NCBI GenBank assembly: GCA_051294375.1
Contig: CM119270.1
Coordinates: 5,278,152 to 5,342,151, forward strand
Direction: 5' to 3'
DNA: 64,000 nt
Source of the DNA: Paraspadella gotoi
Lineage: Eukaryota > Animalia > Chaetognatha
The notes under the pieces were generated by a model. It searched no databases, was not told where the DNA came from, and worked only from the letters and a program-made list of their open reading frames with translations. Made by a program: the position numbers and the translations under genes. Numbering within the stretch: position 1 is the stretch's first letter; each line of letters opens with the position of its first letter. Positions 1-23,210 of this stretch are shown one piece after another.

Positions 1-11200
<11,200 letters not shown>

Positions 11201-12605
11201 TGGTCAGTGTAAACATTTTATAACAATAACAGTTAAAATGATAAAGCAGCGGAAACAATCAAATATAATTTTCTGTAGGGGTAATTGAAATATTTTGTTC
11301 GAATTACATTTGAATTAGTTTGACGAGAATCTTTTTTAGAGGGGGCGCATTATGACTAATGATGGAAAAGGGAAACAAAAGATTGACAAAAACATTATCA
11401 TTATTTTGAAAGCTGTTGGTCGTTTTATATAGATATTACTTGTTATTTCGCTCTCTTAGTGTTCTTTATGAACTCATTTTCGGAATAATATAAATAGTCT
11501 TTGTTTTTTTTTAAATTTAAATATAAATAATGAATCAAATAATATGATAATATGATGATATGATAGGGAAGCCAGGTACTCTGGGAGTGAATAAACGAGA
11601 CTGTGAGAGAGTCTTGATTGAAAGCTTGCAGGGACCTGCTATGTCATTTTCTTGTAAGAGTGATGGAGGCCTTAAACCACCAAAGCCTGTCCAAAGTCAG
11701 GGGCAAGATAGCTTATTTATTAAATGAATGGATAATTTTTATATTGGTTGTACCAATTTCATAAACCCAAATAACGCCTTTTAATTAAAAAGGGTTCGCA
11801 GTGCGACATGACACCTAGCAAGTAAGGAGTAAAAGAAAAACAAAATAACAACTGCTACTTCTCGAATTACAAATGTTTTAATTATGTTGTAATTATTTCG
11901 ACCATAGTTAGAATCAAGTTGTGATTTATCATTTTGTATGTATGTCCATTTTGAAAAAGAGAGGAAGATAAAAAAATTTTATATTACGCGCCTATACTTA
12001 GTGTTTTTTTGTTTTTTTTTTTGAATCGACAGGATTTACTCAAATTAACCGGATTCCTTACCCGGATCATTTTTAATTGATAGCAGTTTGAACATGATTG
12101 TGAGTCATGAAAATCAAGTATAACAGAATTCTGCGATTTTCTTTCAGCGTTTTATGAAATTTATGAACGAGTTTTCCGTTATAATGAATTCGTTATCCAT
12201 TTATTTAATGGTTTCCTTCGTCATCGTCATCGTTAACCTATATATATATTAACATATATATATATATTCATCGATTCAGTTGTAATAATTTCATCATTCC
12301 ATTGATATATATATATATATATATTTATTTATTCATCGATTCAGTTGTAATGATTTCATCATCCCACTGAAATATCTGTTCGACCTTGTTTTTCTCTTAC
12401 TATTACTCATTCTTTTTGCCATATTTATTCCGTATTTATACTATTCTCCGATATCCTAACATCCGTGTTTGTGCCCAAAATACCTGATAGTTTTTGTTTC
12501 GCCCTCGTTCGATTCCGCTCCCGTAATCCTGACCCATTTTCGCTGTAATTCGAATCGATTCGTCTCACGAGTCAAGACGATCGCCGTATTCATCGCTCGG
12601 CGAAA

Positions 12606-15600
12606 ATGAGTTCGTCCTTCGTTGACCTTAAACTTCCAGCGGACAAAACTCCAATGGAATATGGGGAATTCTTGGAAGGTAAGTTGTGACGGTGAGACGC
12701 TCAGAAAATAAGTTTTTTTTATTAATTTTATTCATTTATTTATTTATTCATTTATGCCCATCCGCCTATTGGCCCATTCCATTCGGGTCTCGACCAATCA
12801 GAGAGCTTGATTCCATTGCGGTGATTTCTTCCTGAGTCTTCGATCCGGTTCCGGTTCTGTATCTCCTGTAATGTTATATATACAAATAACAAATATAGCA
12901 AATGAAATAGTTACGTTTTTATGATTAGCTACATATTGGTTTATTTATGTATGTGAAGAGACAGTAATTATTGTTGTGTGTTAGTGACAGAACCGTTCAA
13001 TATATGCGGTCCCTGAGCTTCGGAGAAGTTTGTTGCGTCTCTTCAGTGAATTGTTGTTGATGGAAAGTTCGTCACCAAGTTGAGGCATGTCGCCTGATGT
13101 GTGGTTGGTGGAAAAGTGCATCGCCAGGTTGGAAGCATGTCGCCTGAAAGTGTTGTTGTTGCTGTTGTGCTCGGAAGTCGGGCTCACCAATGAAGAGACA
13201 GTATTTATTGTTATGTGTTAGTGACAGAACCGTTCAATATATATGCAGTCCCTGAGCTTCAATCAGGGCTGTAACACCGTGTTACAGGCGGGTTAAGCGC
13301 CCCGTCTTCTTAACTGCTAGGCGGCCACGGGGCTAGAACCCCGGACCTTTGGTGTTGGGAGGCGAATGACGTGCTCGGCACCAATGGCCGCTGATGAACG
13401 GTTGGTGGATTTTAGTCCACCATATATGTATCAATTCAAAGGTTTTTTCTCATTTTTTATCTATATTGTATTTCCCAATTCAAAGGGAAATTAATTTGTT
13501 AATTTATTTATCAATGTATTAGGCAACACTTGGCGCTACTTTGTCACTTCCAGCCCCCACACTTCGGACTCAAAACCGAAACCCGAATTCGAGTCCCAGG
13601 CTCGTCGCGTCCGAAACGGAATCGCTTCCGACCTCTTAGAGTCGACGGCCCGTTCCGTCGACGCCGCGAACCTATCGCACGCCTTCTCGAAGTCGCCTCT
13701 GTCGGCCCCTACGCTCGATCTACCCGACAAGAATCGGACGGCGGCGTTGGGATCTACGAAGCGGATCTACTCGACGGGCGACAAGGGCCTNNNNNNNNNN
13801 NNNNNNNNNNNNNNNNNNNNNNNNNNNNNNNNNNNNNNNNNNNNNNNNNNNNNNNNNNNNNNNNNNNNNNNNNNNNNNNNNNNNNNNNNNNNNNNNNNNN
13901 NNNNNNNNNNNNNNNNNNNNNNNNNNNNNNNNNNNNNNNNNNNNNNNNNNNNNNNNNNNNNNNNNNNNNNNNNNNNNNNNNNNNNNNNNNNNNNNNNNNN
14001 NNNNNNNNNNNNNNNNNNNNNNNNNNNNNNNNNNNNNNACCATTACTATTAGTTTCTTAATGTTTATTAACTCCCTTGTATACATCATGATGAATATATA
14101 TTTCATTACAAAGTTATCTTTTATCTTTGACTTCGTCACGCAACAGGGATTTCTTCGTTGATTTCACGGGAAAGAAAAATATCCAAGTGATCGTGGAATC
14201 GGAATCGATTTACGACGTTGATTACGAATGGTTGTTCGAACAATTTAGAAATGGTAAGGTTAGCGGTAGCCGACCTAATTCAAATTTGAATGGGAACAGC
14301 ATGAAACAAATCCGTTATTGGTATTAGGTATTGTGTTAAAATATATATTTTTTTTGCAAATATTTTTCGAACCATGAGTATTCGCTAATTAAAATTATTA
14401 TATTGCTNNNNNNNNNNNNNNNNNNNNNNNNNATCATCAGCAGCCTAGACTCGGGGACCACCTGTTTTGTCAACTGGGCGTGCGGTCAGAAAGTTTGAAA
14501 TTGGCGAAGCCTTCCTAATGAAACTTCTATCACATTTCTGCAGGGAAACTTTCAATGGACACAACATTTTAAATGCTAAAACACTAGTAAGTGTAGTTAT
14601 TGTTTGTTTAGAATAAATAAGGAATGTTCAAGAAATTATTATGTTTTAATTTTTTATTTTTTGTATTTTTAAAACACAGATTCAGTAGCTTAAATGAAGA
14701 ATTGTTTTACACAACAAAGTATAATCTTTCTTTGTTAAATATTTTTAATGATAAAGTGGGTTATAAATTTGGAAAACACGTTTTTTATATGTACATGCAT
14801 CACATCGATGATTTATAACTAGTTTTTGCAATTTCAGTAATAAAAATCAAATTAAAAAAAGTTATATATTATCTATTTTTTGGCTTAAATCTTTTGAGCT
14901 CTATCAGAAATCAATAAATAATATTAAAATAAAAAAAGCAATATATAATATTTTAATGTACGAATCCTTCATCGGTGTCGAAAATATTGCAAAAAAAAAA
15001 TATATTTTTAATTATCTAAACACAATACCTAACATCGATACGGAATTTTGTCATGCTGTTCCATCAAATTTGAATTAGGTCGTTGCTACGTTCTATATCT
15101 CTTACATTCTAAATTGTTCGAACAACCATTGGCGTAATCAAGCGTCGTAAATCGATTCCGATGTCGTACCGATCAATGATATTTTTTCTTTCCCGTGAAA
15201 TAAAGAAACGGAAGAAATCGCCTGTTTGCGTGACGAAGTAAAGTAATTAAAATAACTTTGTACATGAAATATAGTTTCATGCATGAAGTTGCAAGGGAGT
15301 AATAAACAATAAGCGACTAAATGTAAAAAATGTTGAAAAATTTTGGCGAGTAGCGGTCGAAATCGCGGCTTTTTAGGCGGAGAGAGATGGAGACGAGAGA
15401 GAGGAAGAGAGGCGAGAGAGAGATGAGAGAGCGAGAGAGGGAGAGAGAGAAGGAGAGATGAAGAGGAGAGAGGAGAGAGAGACACTACACTCATTTAATA
15501 GTATCAAATAAAGTGGACCATAACCGAATTCTTCCCCAGTCAATTTATTTCGCGTTCAATCGATAGTTGCGATGAACGAGCGTCCGGTAACGAATACGGA

Positions 15601-17179
15601 GGGAACCACAAGGACTCACCAAAACAATCTCGTCGGGCAGCGAAGAAGACGGAAGGTTCAATGATGATTGTAGCCTGCGAACGGCGCCGAATGAGGCAAG
15701 ATTTTAAATTTTAAAAAATTATTTGAGATTAAAGACGAAGTCTTTTTACATCAAAAATTATTGTACAAAAAACATTTGCAAATAATTCAAAATTTGGTAA
15801 AACAGAATTTTCTTTTTTCTTTGATAAAATATGATTGCGTTTATTTTACTTTATTTTTTAAATAGGAATTCGGGAAAACGTTAAGGTTCCATCGTATGCG
15901 GATATCATCCACGCAAATTTTTCAACCACAACACCGGAACTAGGAATTGTGTCTGACATTACACTGATGTCGTCGTTGAAGGAGTAAGTGACATGAAAAG
16001 TACATTGTCTAATAGGATATAAATTGTCCAAAAACAAATAAATTAAATATACTATCGCTAAAATATCGTCGCTAAACCGTCACATATTTCTTCTTTTATT
16101 TATATTTTTATATTTTAGTATTAGAATCTAATTAGTATTTCAGTCACGTTAAGCCAGTACCCTAATCGTTACGCTCGTGAACCCAATCAGATTCTTCTCC
16201 TTCGAATTCGTGACTCTGTGCGGCATCAAAGCAGTAGAGCTGCTCGGCTCCCTCGACGATTGGAAGCTGCTGCTGTCGAAGCTGCGGCAGCTGATGAAAA
16301 CCTTGGCGCCCTTGGACAAAGAGCTTGAACTGCAGCCGTGGCTGAAGGAAGTGGAGACAATCTTCGAAAAGTTGGTGGAGACCTACGAAGAGAAACCGGA
16401 CACGAAATGGTGGAGTCGAATTATCGACGATCGAGTTGAATATGGATCCGGAGGTGGAAACTTTTACGGAGGTTGGATCGTGACGCTTGTTGAAGGTGAA
16501 ACCAAAAGGGAGGAAAGGAAATAAAATGAAAGGAGGAAAAAGGAAAAGAAAGAAAAAAGGGAAGAGGATATATTAGGATTAGTATAGGAAAGGGAGAGAG
16601 AGAAAAAAAAAGGAAAAGAAATGAAAATATGTCTTAAAACGGAAAGGAAAAAAAAATGGAGAAGAAAGAAAAATATGAATTTAGAAATGAGTGAAAAGGA
16701 AAAGGTGGCCAAAGGAAGGGAAAGAAAAAGATAGGTTTGGCAAAAGAGAGTAAAAAAAAGAAAATAGAAGAAAAACTGGGAAAGAAAAGAATAAGTCAGG
16801 AAAGAAAGCAATGGAAAGGATAGAAAGGGAAAAAATAAAAACCATTTTTAACATCTGTAACTTGATGTTAAAATATTTTTTTTTAATTATTAATTTAATC
16901 AAAGGGAGACGAAGAAAGAGACAAGAACAAGTCTCCGGTGGATTGACGACTGTTCCGGTGAAGATCTCTCAACTCGGCGGCGTCTCCGAGGACGGGACGC
17001 TCCTGGCGGGGATGTTGGGCTTCACCGTCGATCCCTCATCGCCCAACGGTGTCCCCTGCGTCCGTCCTTTCCAAGGATGGGCGTTGCTCCTTGACAAAAA
17101 TTCTGTCTTCAGGCGGGGACGAGTTGAGAAAGATTTGGCGGAAAAAACGCCAGAGGGCGCTGCGAGATCGAAAGTATAA
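12606..17179 (+). CDS. DUF4419-family protein, multi-exon gene (partly hidden in an N-gap)
   Basis: GT-AG exons 12606-12678, 13523->13790 (runs into gap), 14147-14253, 15866-15983, 16191-16495, 16905-17179. Motifs FVDFTGKK, NFSTTT, TLMSSLKEFFSF..CGI..VELLGSLDDW, WW...YGSG...GWI, SGGLTTVPV, AGMLGF, RPFQGW match my recollection of DUF4419. Confidence 0.8.
12955..13422 (-). mobile_element. tRNA-derived SINE-like repeat in intron 1 of the DUF4419 gene (with partial internal duplication)
   Basis: 13192-13422 is homologous to 34302-34532; minus strand has TCGCCTCCCA (tRNA-Gly-like anticodon arm) and B-box-like GGTTCTAGCCC; 12955-13020 repeats 13192-13260. Confidence 0.6.
13791..14038. other. Assembly gap (N run) interrupting the DUF4419 gene
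   Basis: N run; other gaps at 8896-8923, 10649-10858, 14408-14432, 49118-49217, 49463-49692. Confidence 0.98.
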
Positions 17180-19614
17180 TAAACGACAAATGAACATCGA
17201 ATTTGTTTAGAGAAGGAATTGCTGCTTCATTCTGCTCGCGTGTTGTATACGGTTTAAAAATATTTTTACTAATTGTAGAAATGATAAATAAAGTGCTTTC
17301 GTGAATAGCTTTTACCTTGTCATTTGCATTATTGACCTGACTCCTTTCCGACGCGAAATAAATCGATCGTTTGCCCATGTGGTCAGTTCCGCATTTTGAT
17401 CCTTGTTAAAATTTTAAAGAAAAATTTCCCTCTAATTCTCAGTTTCCTCATCATGACGAACGCGTAACCCGTGTCTCTCGGTTCCGCCATAATTTTTTTT
17501 AATTTTCTTCAAGTTTCAACCTTTTTTTTTAAGAATAAAAAAAAATTAAACTTTCTTTTCCCATTTTTTTAAAATTTCGTTTCCTAAAAATAGATTATCT
17601 AAAAATAGAATATCTTCGGTAACTCGAAGTTGACCTTCCACCGCAATTTCAACTTCTTTTCATTCCTTTTTTTTTTTCATTCAATCATTTTTTTTCCTTT
17701 TCTTCTTTTTTTCCTCAATTTTTTTCTTTCAAAGTTTTCTTTTTTTTTTTTGTTCACTTCGGTTTTAATCTTTTTCTCCTTCGGCCATAATTTTAAACGA
17801 TTCGTCAAACCGGTTAATCGTTCGTACTTGAAAATTAATTGAATTTAATTATGATTTATTTCTCTTGGTTAAGGGATACAGCGTTCTCCAATTTTAAACC
17901 CGCAAAAATATGGGTGACTACCGACGTAGAATCTGAAGATTTTTTTTACTTCCGACATAAGCTTTTGCATTCACCAATCTGGTGATTATTTTTTCCGTCC
18001 GTTACTCAAGGTGGATTTCACTTTTTGGTTGTATGTCTGACTTAGTAGCTACATCTGTCTTTTTTAGACAGAAATAGAAATGGGAAAAGTTAAGAGAATA
18101 AAGGCGAAAGAAAGAAAGATCTAATAGAAAATAAGAGGAAAGTTTAATATAGAAAAAAAAATGACAAGAGAGAGAGAAGATAGGGGAAAAAATATGAGAA
18201 GAAAACGCTAGGAGAAGAGAGAGCGAAAAAAAAAGAACGAAATAATTGGAGAAAAGGAAATGAAAAATGACTACTTCCTCTTCTCTGACTCTGAGCCTTT
18301 TTTTCTCGGAAGAGTTTTCGTCGGGGTGACTCATTCTCTGAAAATGCAGGGGAACTCCCTCGTACCAGGATGTGGACTAGAAGCTGAAGGATGAGGTTAT
18401 GATGTCGCTCTCTCTCTCTCGCTCTCTCTCTCGCTCTCCCTCTCTCCCCCACTTTCATAATTTACGCGGGGAAAAAAAATTTTCAAATTTTAATTTGCAT
18501 AAGATGCGCTTTATTGCTGCTGAACGCGTTTACGTCGCCAGTTGCAAGAATTTTAAGTTTCGTAAGTAATGAGATAATTTAAAGAATGGAAAAAAATCAT
18601 AGTATGGGTATTATAACAGAATTATCACTTAATTATTTACAATTATAAAACATTTCCATGTAAAAAAAGTGATTACCTTGGCATATATTTAATTTTTCCT
18701 ACTCTAGTTAGTAGCACTTGATTAGCACTTCATTACTATCGAATCCACGCTCGTTAAACTGTAATCCGTAGATGATTTGTTCCTTTTTAATAATTATCAG
18801 CGAGTCGAAAGACGACGGCTAAAAAATCGAGACGGGGCAAAATGGTAAGTCCGCGGTAAGTGACTTTCGTCGGGTGAGGAATTTTCCCGGCGCCGCGTCG
18901 CGTTTTCTCTCCACTCATTAATTCTGAGAAGAAAATCTCACGAGGATGATTTTTTTTTCTCTCGAAGGGGTAATGAAAAGAGTTTTCTTAAGTTTAGTAA
19001 AGGAGTTTTCATTTTTATTTATTTAATCGAGACTATCTATTATATATTATATTAAATTATATTATATTATATTATATTATAAAGCTCGTAAGAGTTAAAA
19101 TGTTTCTCGATTCCAAACTTTTGTAGATTTTTTCTAAACTGGTCCAAAATTTTCTCACGATGTTTTTTTTCCCCTCTTCTTAGACTCGTTTTCTTTTTGT
19201 TAAAAATGTAAATCGCTTCCAGCAGCATTTTAAATTCGTAAATTAACGCAGTTTTTGGAGTCGCAAGTCGTTGTTGTTGTAAAAAAATCTTTGAATAGCT
19301 AAGGAAGTCCTACATACACAACCGGAAGTATACAAATGAATTTCGAAAAAGGAAAAAAAAAAAAGAGAAATCTTGAATGAATGAACGAAATAAAATGAGA
19401 TTCGCCTTACGCGAGCTTTGAAATGACCTTGGTGACCTTGGGATGACCTTGAGATGTCCTTAAAATGACATTTCGACCTCCACGGACGGAAATTCTCTTC
19501 GCCAATCACACAAAAAATGGCGTCATAAAAAAAAGGAAAAGGAGAACGGAGGAGGAGGAGGAGGATGAGGAGGAGGAGGAGGAAGATGAATGGGAATAGA
19601 AAAAATGAATAGGG

Positions 19615-19805
19615 AGAAAAAAGAAAAGGAAAAGGAGGAAGAGATCGAAGGAAGAAATAAAAAGAAATGAAAATGGAAGAAAAAGAAAAGGAAAAGGAGG
19701 AGAGATCGAAGGAGGAAATAAAAAGAAATGAAAACGGAAGGAAAAGAAAAGGAAAAGGAGGAAGAGATCGAAGGAGGAAATAAAAAGAAATGAAAATGGA
19801 AGGAA
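19615..19805. repeat. Three tandem ~61-bp purine-rich units
   Basis: GAAAAGGAAAAGGAGGAAGAGATCGAAGGA...AAATGAAAATGGAAG repeated three times. Confidence 0.8.
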
Positions 19806-20765
19806 ATAATAAATGAAAGAGGAAGTGAAATGATAGAGGAGAAAAGGAAAAAGAAATCGAAAGGGTTAAAGTGAAAAAATGAGAAAGTACAAAGTTATAA
19901 AACGAATGTGAAGTTTGTAAAAAATGATATAAAAAGTGGTGAGGTGAAAAGTAAAAAAAAAAAGGAAAGTAGACGTGAGGGAGATTTTAGATGCATAAAG
20001 TAAAAGGAAAGTAAGGGACCAAAAAGCCAAAGTTTGGAGAAACTAGAAAGTCATAATTGAACAGAAAGTGATAAATGAGGAAAAAGTGATAAGTGAGTTT
20101 AAAAATATTACTGATTAAAAGTGATATAGTAATTGATATAGTAAATGATATTAAAAGTTGTAGAAGAATCGGAAGGATAATTTCGTTTCGCTCACGAAAA
20201 GAAAATCTGATTCGATGCGGACTTTTGTTTTTTCATTCAAATGTTATGCGAAATCTTTTAAATTTTAATTCGGTGCTTAATTATACTTAGTACTTATATA
20301 CAGTTTTGACTCTGTCACACCCTTTCACTCCCAAACCAGTCAAAACATTTTAATTGTTTTCGGTCCTCAATTTTTCTGATCGAGTTGATATCTAAGACGA
20401 AATTATCGTTAAGTTTATTTTTAGAAAGCTACAGGGTTGAGTGGCTCCATCAGTAACGACCCATTAACTACATCTTTCCAAACGTTTTTTGAAATGCCGC
20501 CCTTTTTTTTGCTTTCCTTTCTCGGCGGGGCCCTTTTCTGACGAGATAAGTTTTGAAAGGGAGAGAATAGAGAAAGAAGAGAAAAGAGAGGAAGAGGAAG
20601 AATGAAATAAAAAGGAAGAAAGAAAGAAAGAAAGAAAAGAAAGAAGAAAGAGAAGAAAGAAAGAAAAGAAAAAAAAGAAAAAAAAAAAAAGAAGAAAAAA
20701 AAAAAATTAAAAGATAACAAGAAATAAAAAATAAAAAAACAAAAGAGAACAAAAAAAAGAAAAAA

Positions 20766-20796
<31 letters not shown>

Positions 20797-21379
20797 GAAA
20801 TAAATAAAATTAGTCAGTGAAAGGGTACAAAAAGAGAAGTTGCTAAGAGGAGAAATTAGCGAAGAAACAAAAAGACAATGGGATATAAAAATAAAAGGAC
20901 GAGAAAAGGAAATAAAAAGAATAGGATAGCGAGATGAGACGGGACGTAAAGTAGAGACGAAACAACGGAAAGACGGAAAAGACCGTAAAAAAAGAAACCA
21001 TGAAGGAAAATGAGAGACGCGAGAAAAATCGTAAAAGAGTTGGATCGAGTTTGGAATAAGTAAGAACTCAAGAGAGGAAAGTTTGGCTTCTTTTCTTATT
21101 TGAGACAGTTTGACTTTTTAAAAAAGAAAGCTCTTAGCCTTTGATTTGGCGCACTTTATTTCTTAAAACTTACAATAAAGCTGAACAAAAATTATAATTT
21201 CTATTTTTAGTTTGTATTAAGTGAAAACTTAAACGTTTACACACAATTTACACCGATCAATTACGTTCCTTCCAAACCAAACTGTTCCGAGATAAATTAG
21301 TATTAAAATTAAATGAGAACATAAATTAAAGTTAAAATAGAAAAAGTGAATGCCAAATATCCCCTTATTTTATCATTAA

Positions 21380-22033
21380 TGTTATCTTGAAATACCTATT
21401 TCTAGATTAATCACTTTTTAATCTAAATTTTATTTTATTAATAATTAAACTACAATTAAAATTAATTACGCAATAACCCTCACAAAACTTCTTTTCTTCT
21501 CTAATAGAATTTGAGAAACCAACTGAGCGTCGACTATTCTTGAACATTTCATTTTAGAAATGGAGCTTCTTTCTTCGTTTTCATCAGAATTTTCAGAAGC
21601 AGTTGGTTCAAAAAAATAAAAAAAGAATTTAGTCCAAGATAACATCGCAGAGGAATCAAGACTCCAGAATCGAAATCGGATCGGCGACGCGAGCAAACTC
21701 CGCCGGAAGCAGAATGGAACATTCTCATTGGATGAAAGACAAATGGCATCGGCCAATGGGCAGATGGGCTTCTTTCCGGCTGTAAAATTTACCCTTGCCT
21801 CCGATCCGATTGTATTGTATAAATAGGAACCCTAACTTGTAATGATTCACTCTGCCTCGAGAATTGATATCGTCTTGTATTAATGTCTAAATTCTGAAGA
21901 AATAAAATCCACTTTGGTTTCGCCTAGAAATCCCTGTCTATTTACTTAATTGTGGTGGCAGCCGTGGGATTCGAACCCACGCCTCCGAAGAGACTATTTC
22001 CTATTACTATTACTATTTACTTAATTGATAACA
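21380..22033 (+). mobile_element. Solo-LTR-like element
   Basis: Termini TGTTATC...GATAACA (7-bp IR, TG..CA), TATAAATA ~21817, AATAAA 21901; no target-site duplication seen. Confidence 0.4.
21953..21995 (-). pseudogene. tRNA-Leu 3'-half fragment including CCA
   Basis: Minus strand AGTCTCTTCGGAGGCGTGGGTTCGAATCCCACGGCTGCCACCA = variable arm, T arm, acceptor strand and CCA of eukaryotic tRNA-Leu; 5' half absent. Confidence 0.85.
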
Positions 22034-22694
22034 TAGACTTTAAAAAAACTTTTGTAAAACTTTGGATTTAGGTCTTCAAGGTTAGATTTAAATTTAAACT
22101 AAAATATATTTCTACATAAAAAAAAAATAAATTTTTTATACGTTTTTCTAACGCGAACTGATTTTCTCATTGAGATAAATCAGGAAAAAATCAGCACCTT
22201 CGAAGGGAAAATGAAGAGATCGGAGATTATTTTAATTTCAAAATATCAAACCCGAAACTTCCTATGCTATTATCTTTTTTTCGGCGATTCAAAAATCTAA
22301 TGAAGTTTAATTCAATTTATTTTCATTAATTGTTGTAGATTGCACAAATGTAATTGGTTTTTACATATTATTTTATATTCATATTTCATTTCTTTTCACA
22401 TTCTATTATTTCCTTAGTATTTTCTGCAACTTATTCACTCTATTGTCAACTATCTGAATTCTTAGTTGAAAACTTTTTATTGTTCTCTTTCCTTCTCGCT
22501 CTATTTTTCTCTCTCTCTTTCTTTCTCTCTTCCAATCTCTCTGTCTCTTTTTTAAATGCACAAAAACTGTTGAAGAAAACATGACAGAATCAAGTATGTA
22601 ATTTTTTTCATTAAAAATTTCGTTGTGAAAAAATAAAACTTTTTCATCTAAATTTATAAAATATAAAATATAAAACGAATTTAATTTATTCATT

Positions 22695-22738
22695 AACGGA
22701 CATGTTTCGGTTTTGGAAATTCAAGTATTCATCAGCAT
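22695..22738 (-). ncRNA. Minimal type I hammerhead-like motif (Penelope-associated), degenerate stem II
   Basis: Minus strand reads ATG-CTGATGA-ATACTTGAATTTCCAAAACC-GAAAC-ATGTC-CGTT; same family as the 30.2-30.4 kb motif. Confidence 0.5.
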
Positions 22739-23210
22739 AAACAATTTGTAAAAAAATTATTTGTAAATTGTGCAAAAGAAGAAGAGGGAGAGAGAGAGAG
22801 AATGAGAGAGAGAGAGAGAAAGAGAGAGGAGGGTAAAAGTTTTCCAGCACAGAGGTGAGACAGAATAGTGGTCAGAGGTGAGAACAGGTTGAAGGTAAGG
22901 ACAGATTGAGTGAGTTTTGAAAAGGAAGTGAAACTAATATCCTATAATTTTAGGAACAAGCTATTACAAAAATATATCCAAATAAACAGATTTGCTACAT
23001 AAATCAAATAGTTAATAAGAAGGAATGTTCAGTTTTATATATATGAAAGTTAAAAAATTACTTGTTTCACTATCTTTATTTTTTATTTTTTAGATTTAAA
23101 ATAACTAATATTTATGATTTTATTTGCTTATTAAATATTTTTGTGTTAAATATTTAAATATATTATTTTTTATCTGTTTAGTATAAAAAACAAGAGAGTA
23201 AAACAGCGGT

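Noticed and set aside
17880-20545. Exon-like minus-strand fragments (18275-18334, ~17900-18059, 20421-20540)
   Set aside because: No consistent reading frame or recognisable motif; cannot support a gene call.
21953-21995. Functional tRNA-Leu gene
   Set aside because: Only the 3' half is present; D arm, anticodon and A box are missing.
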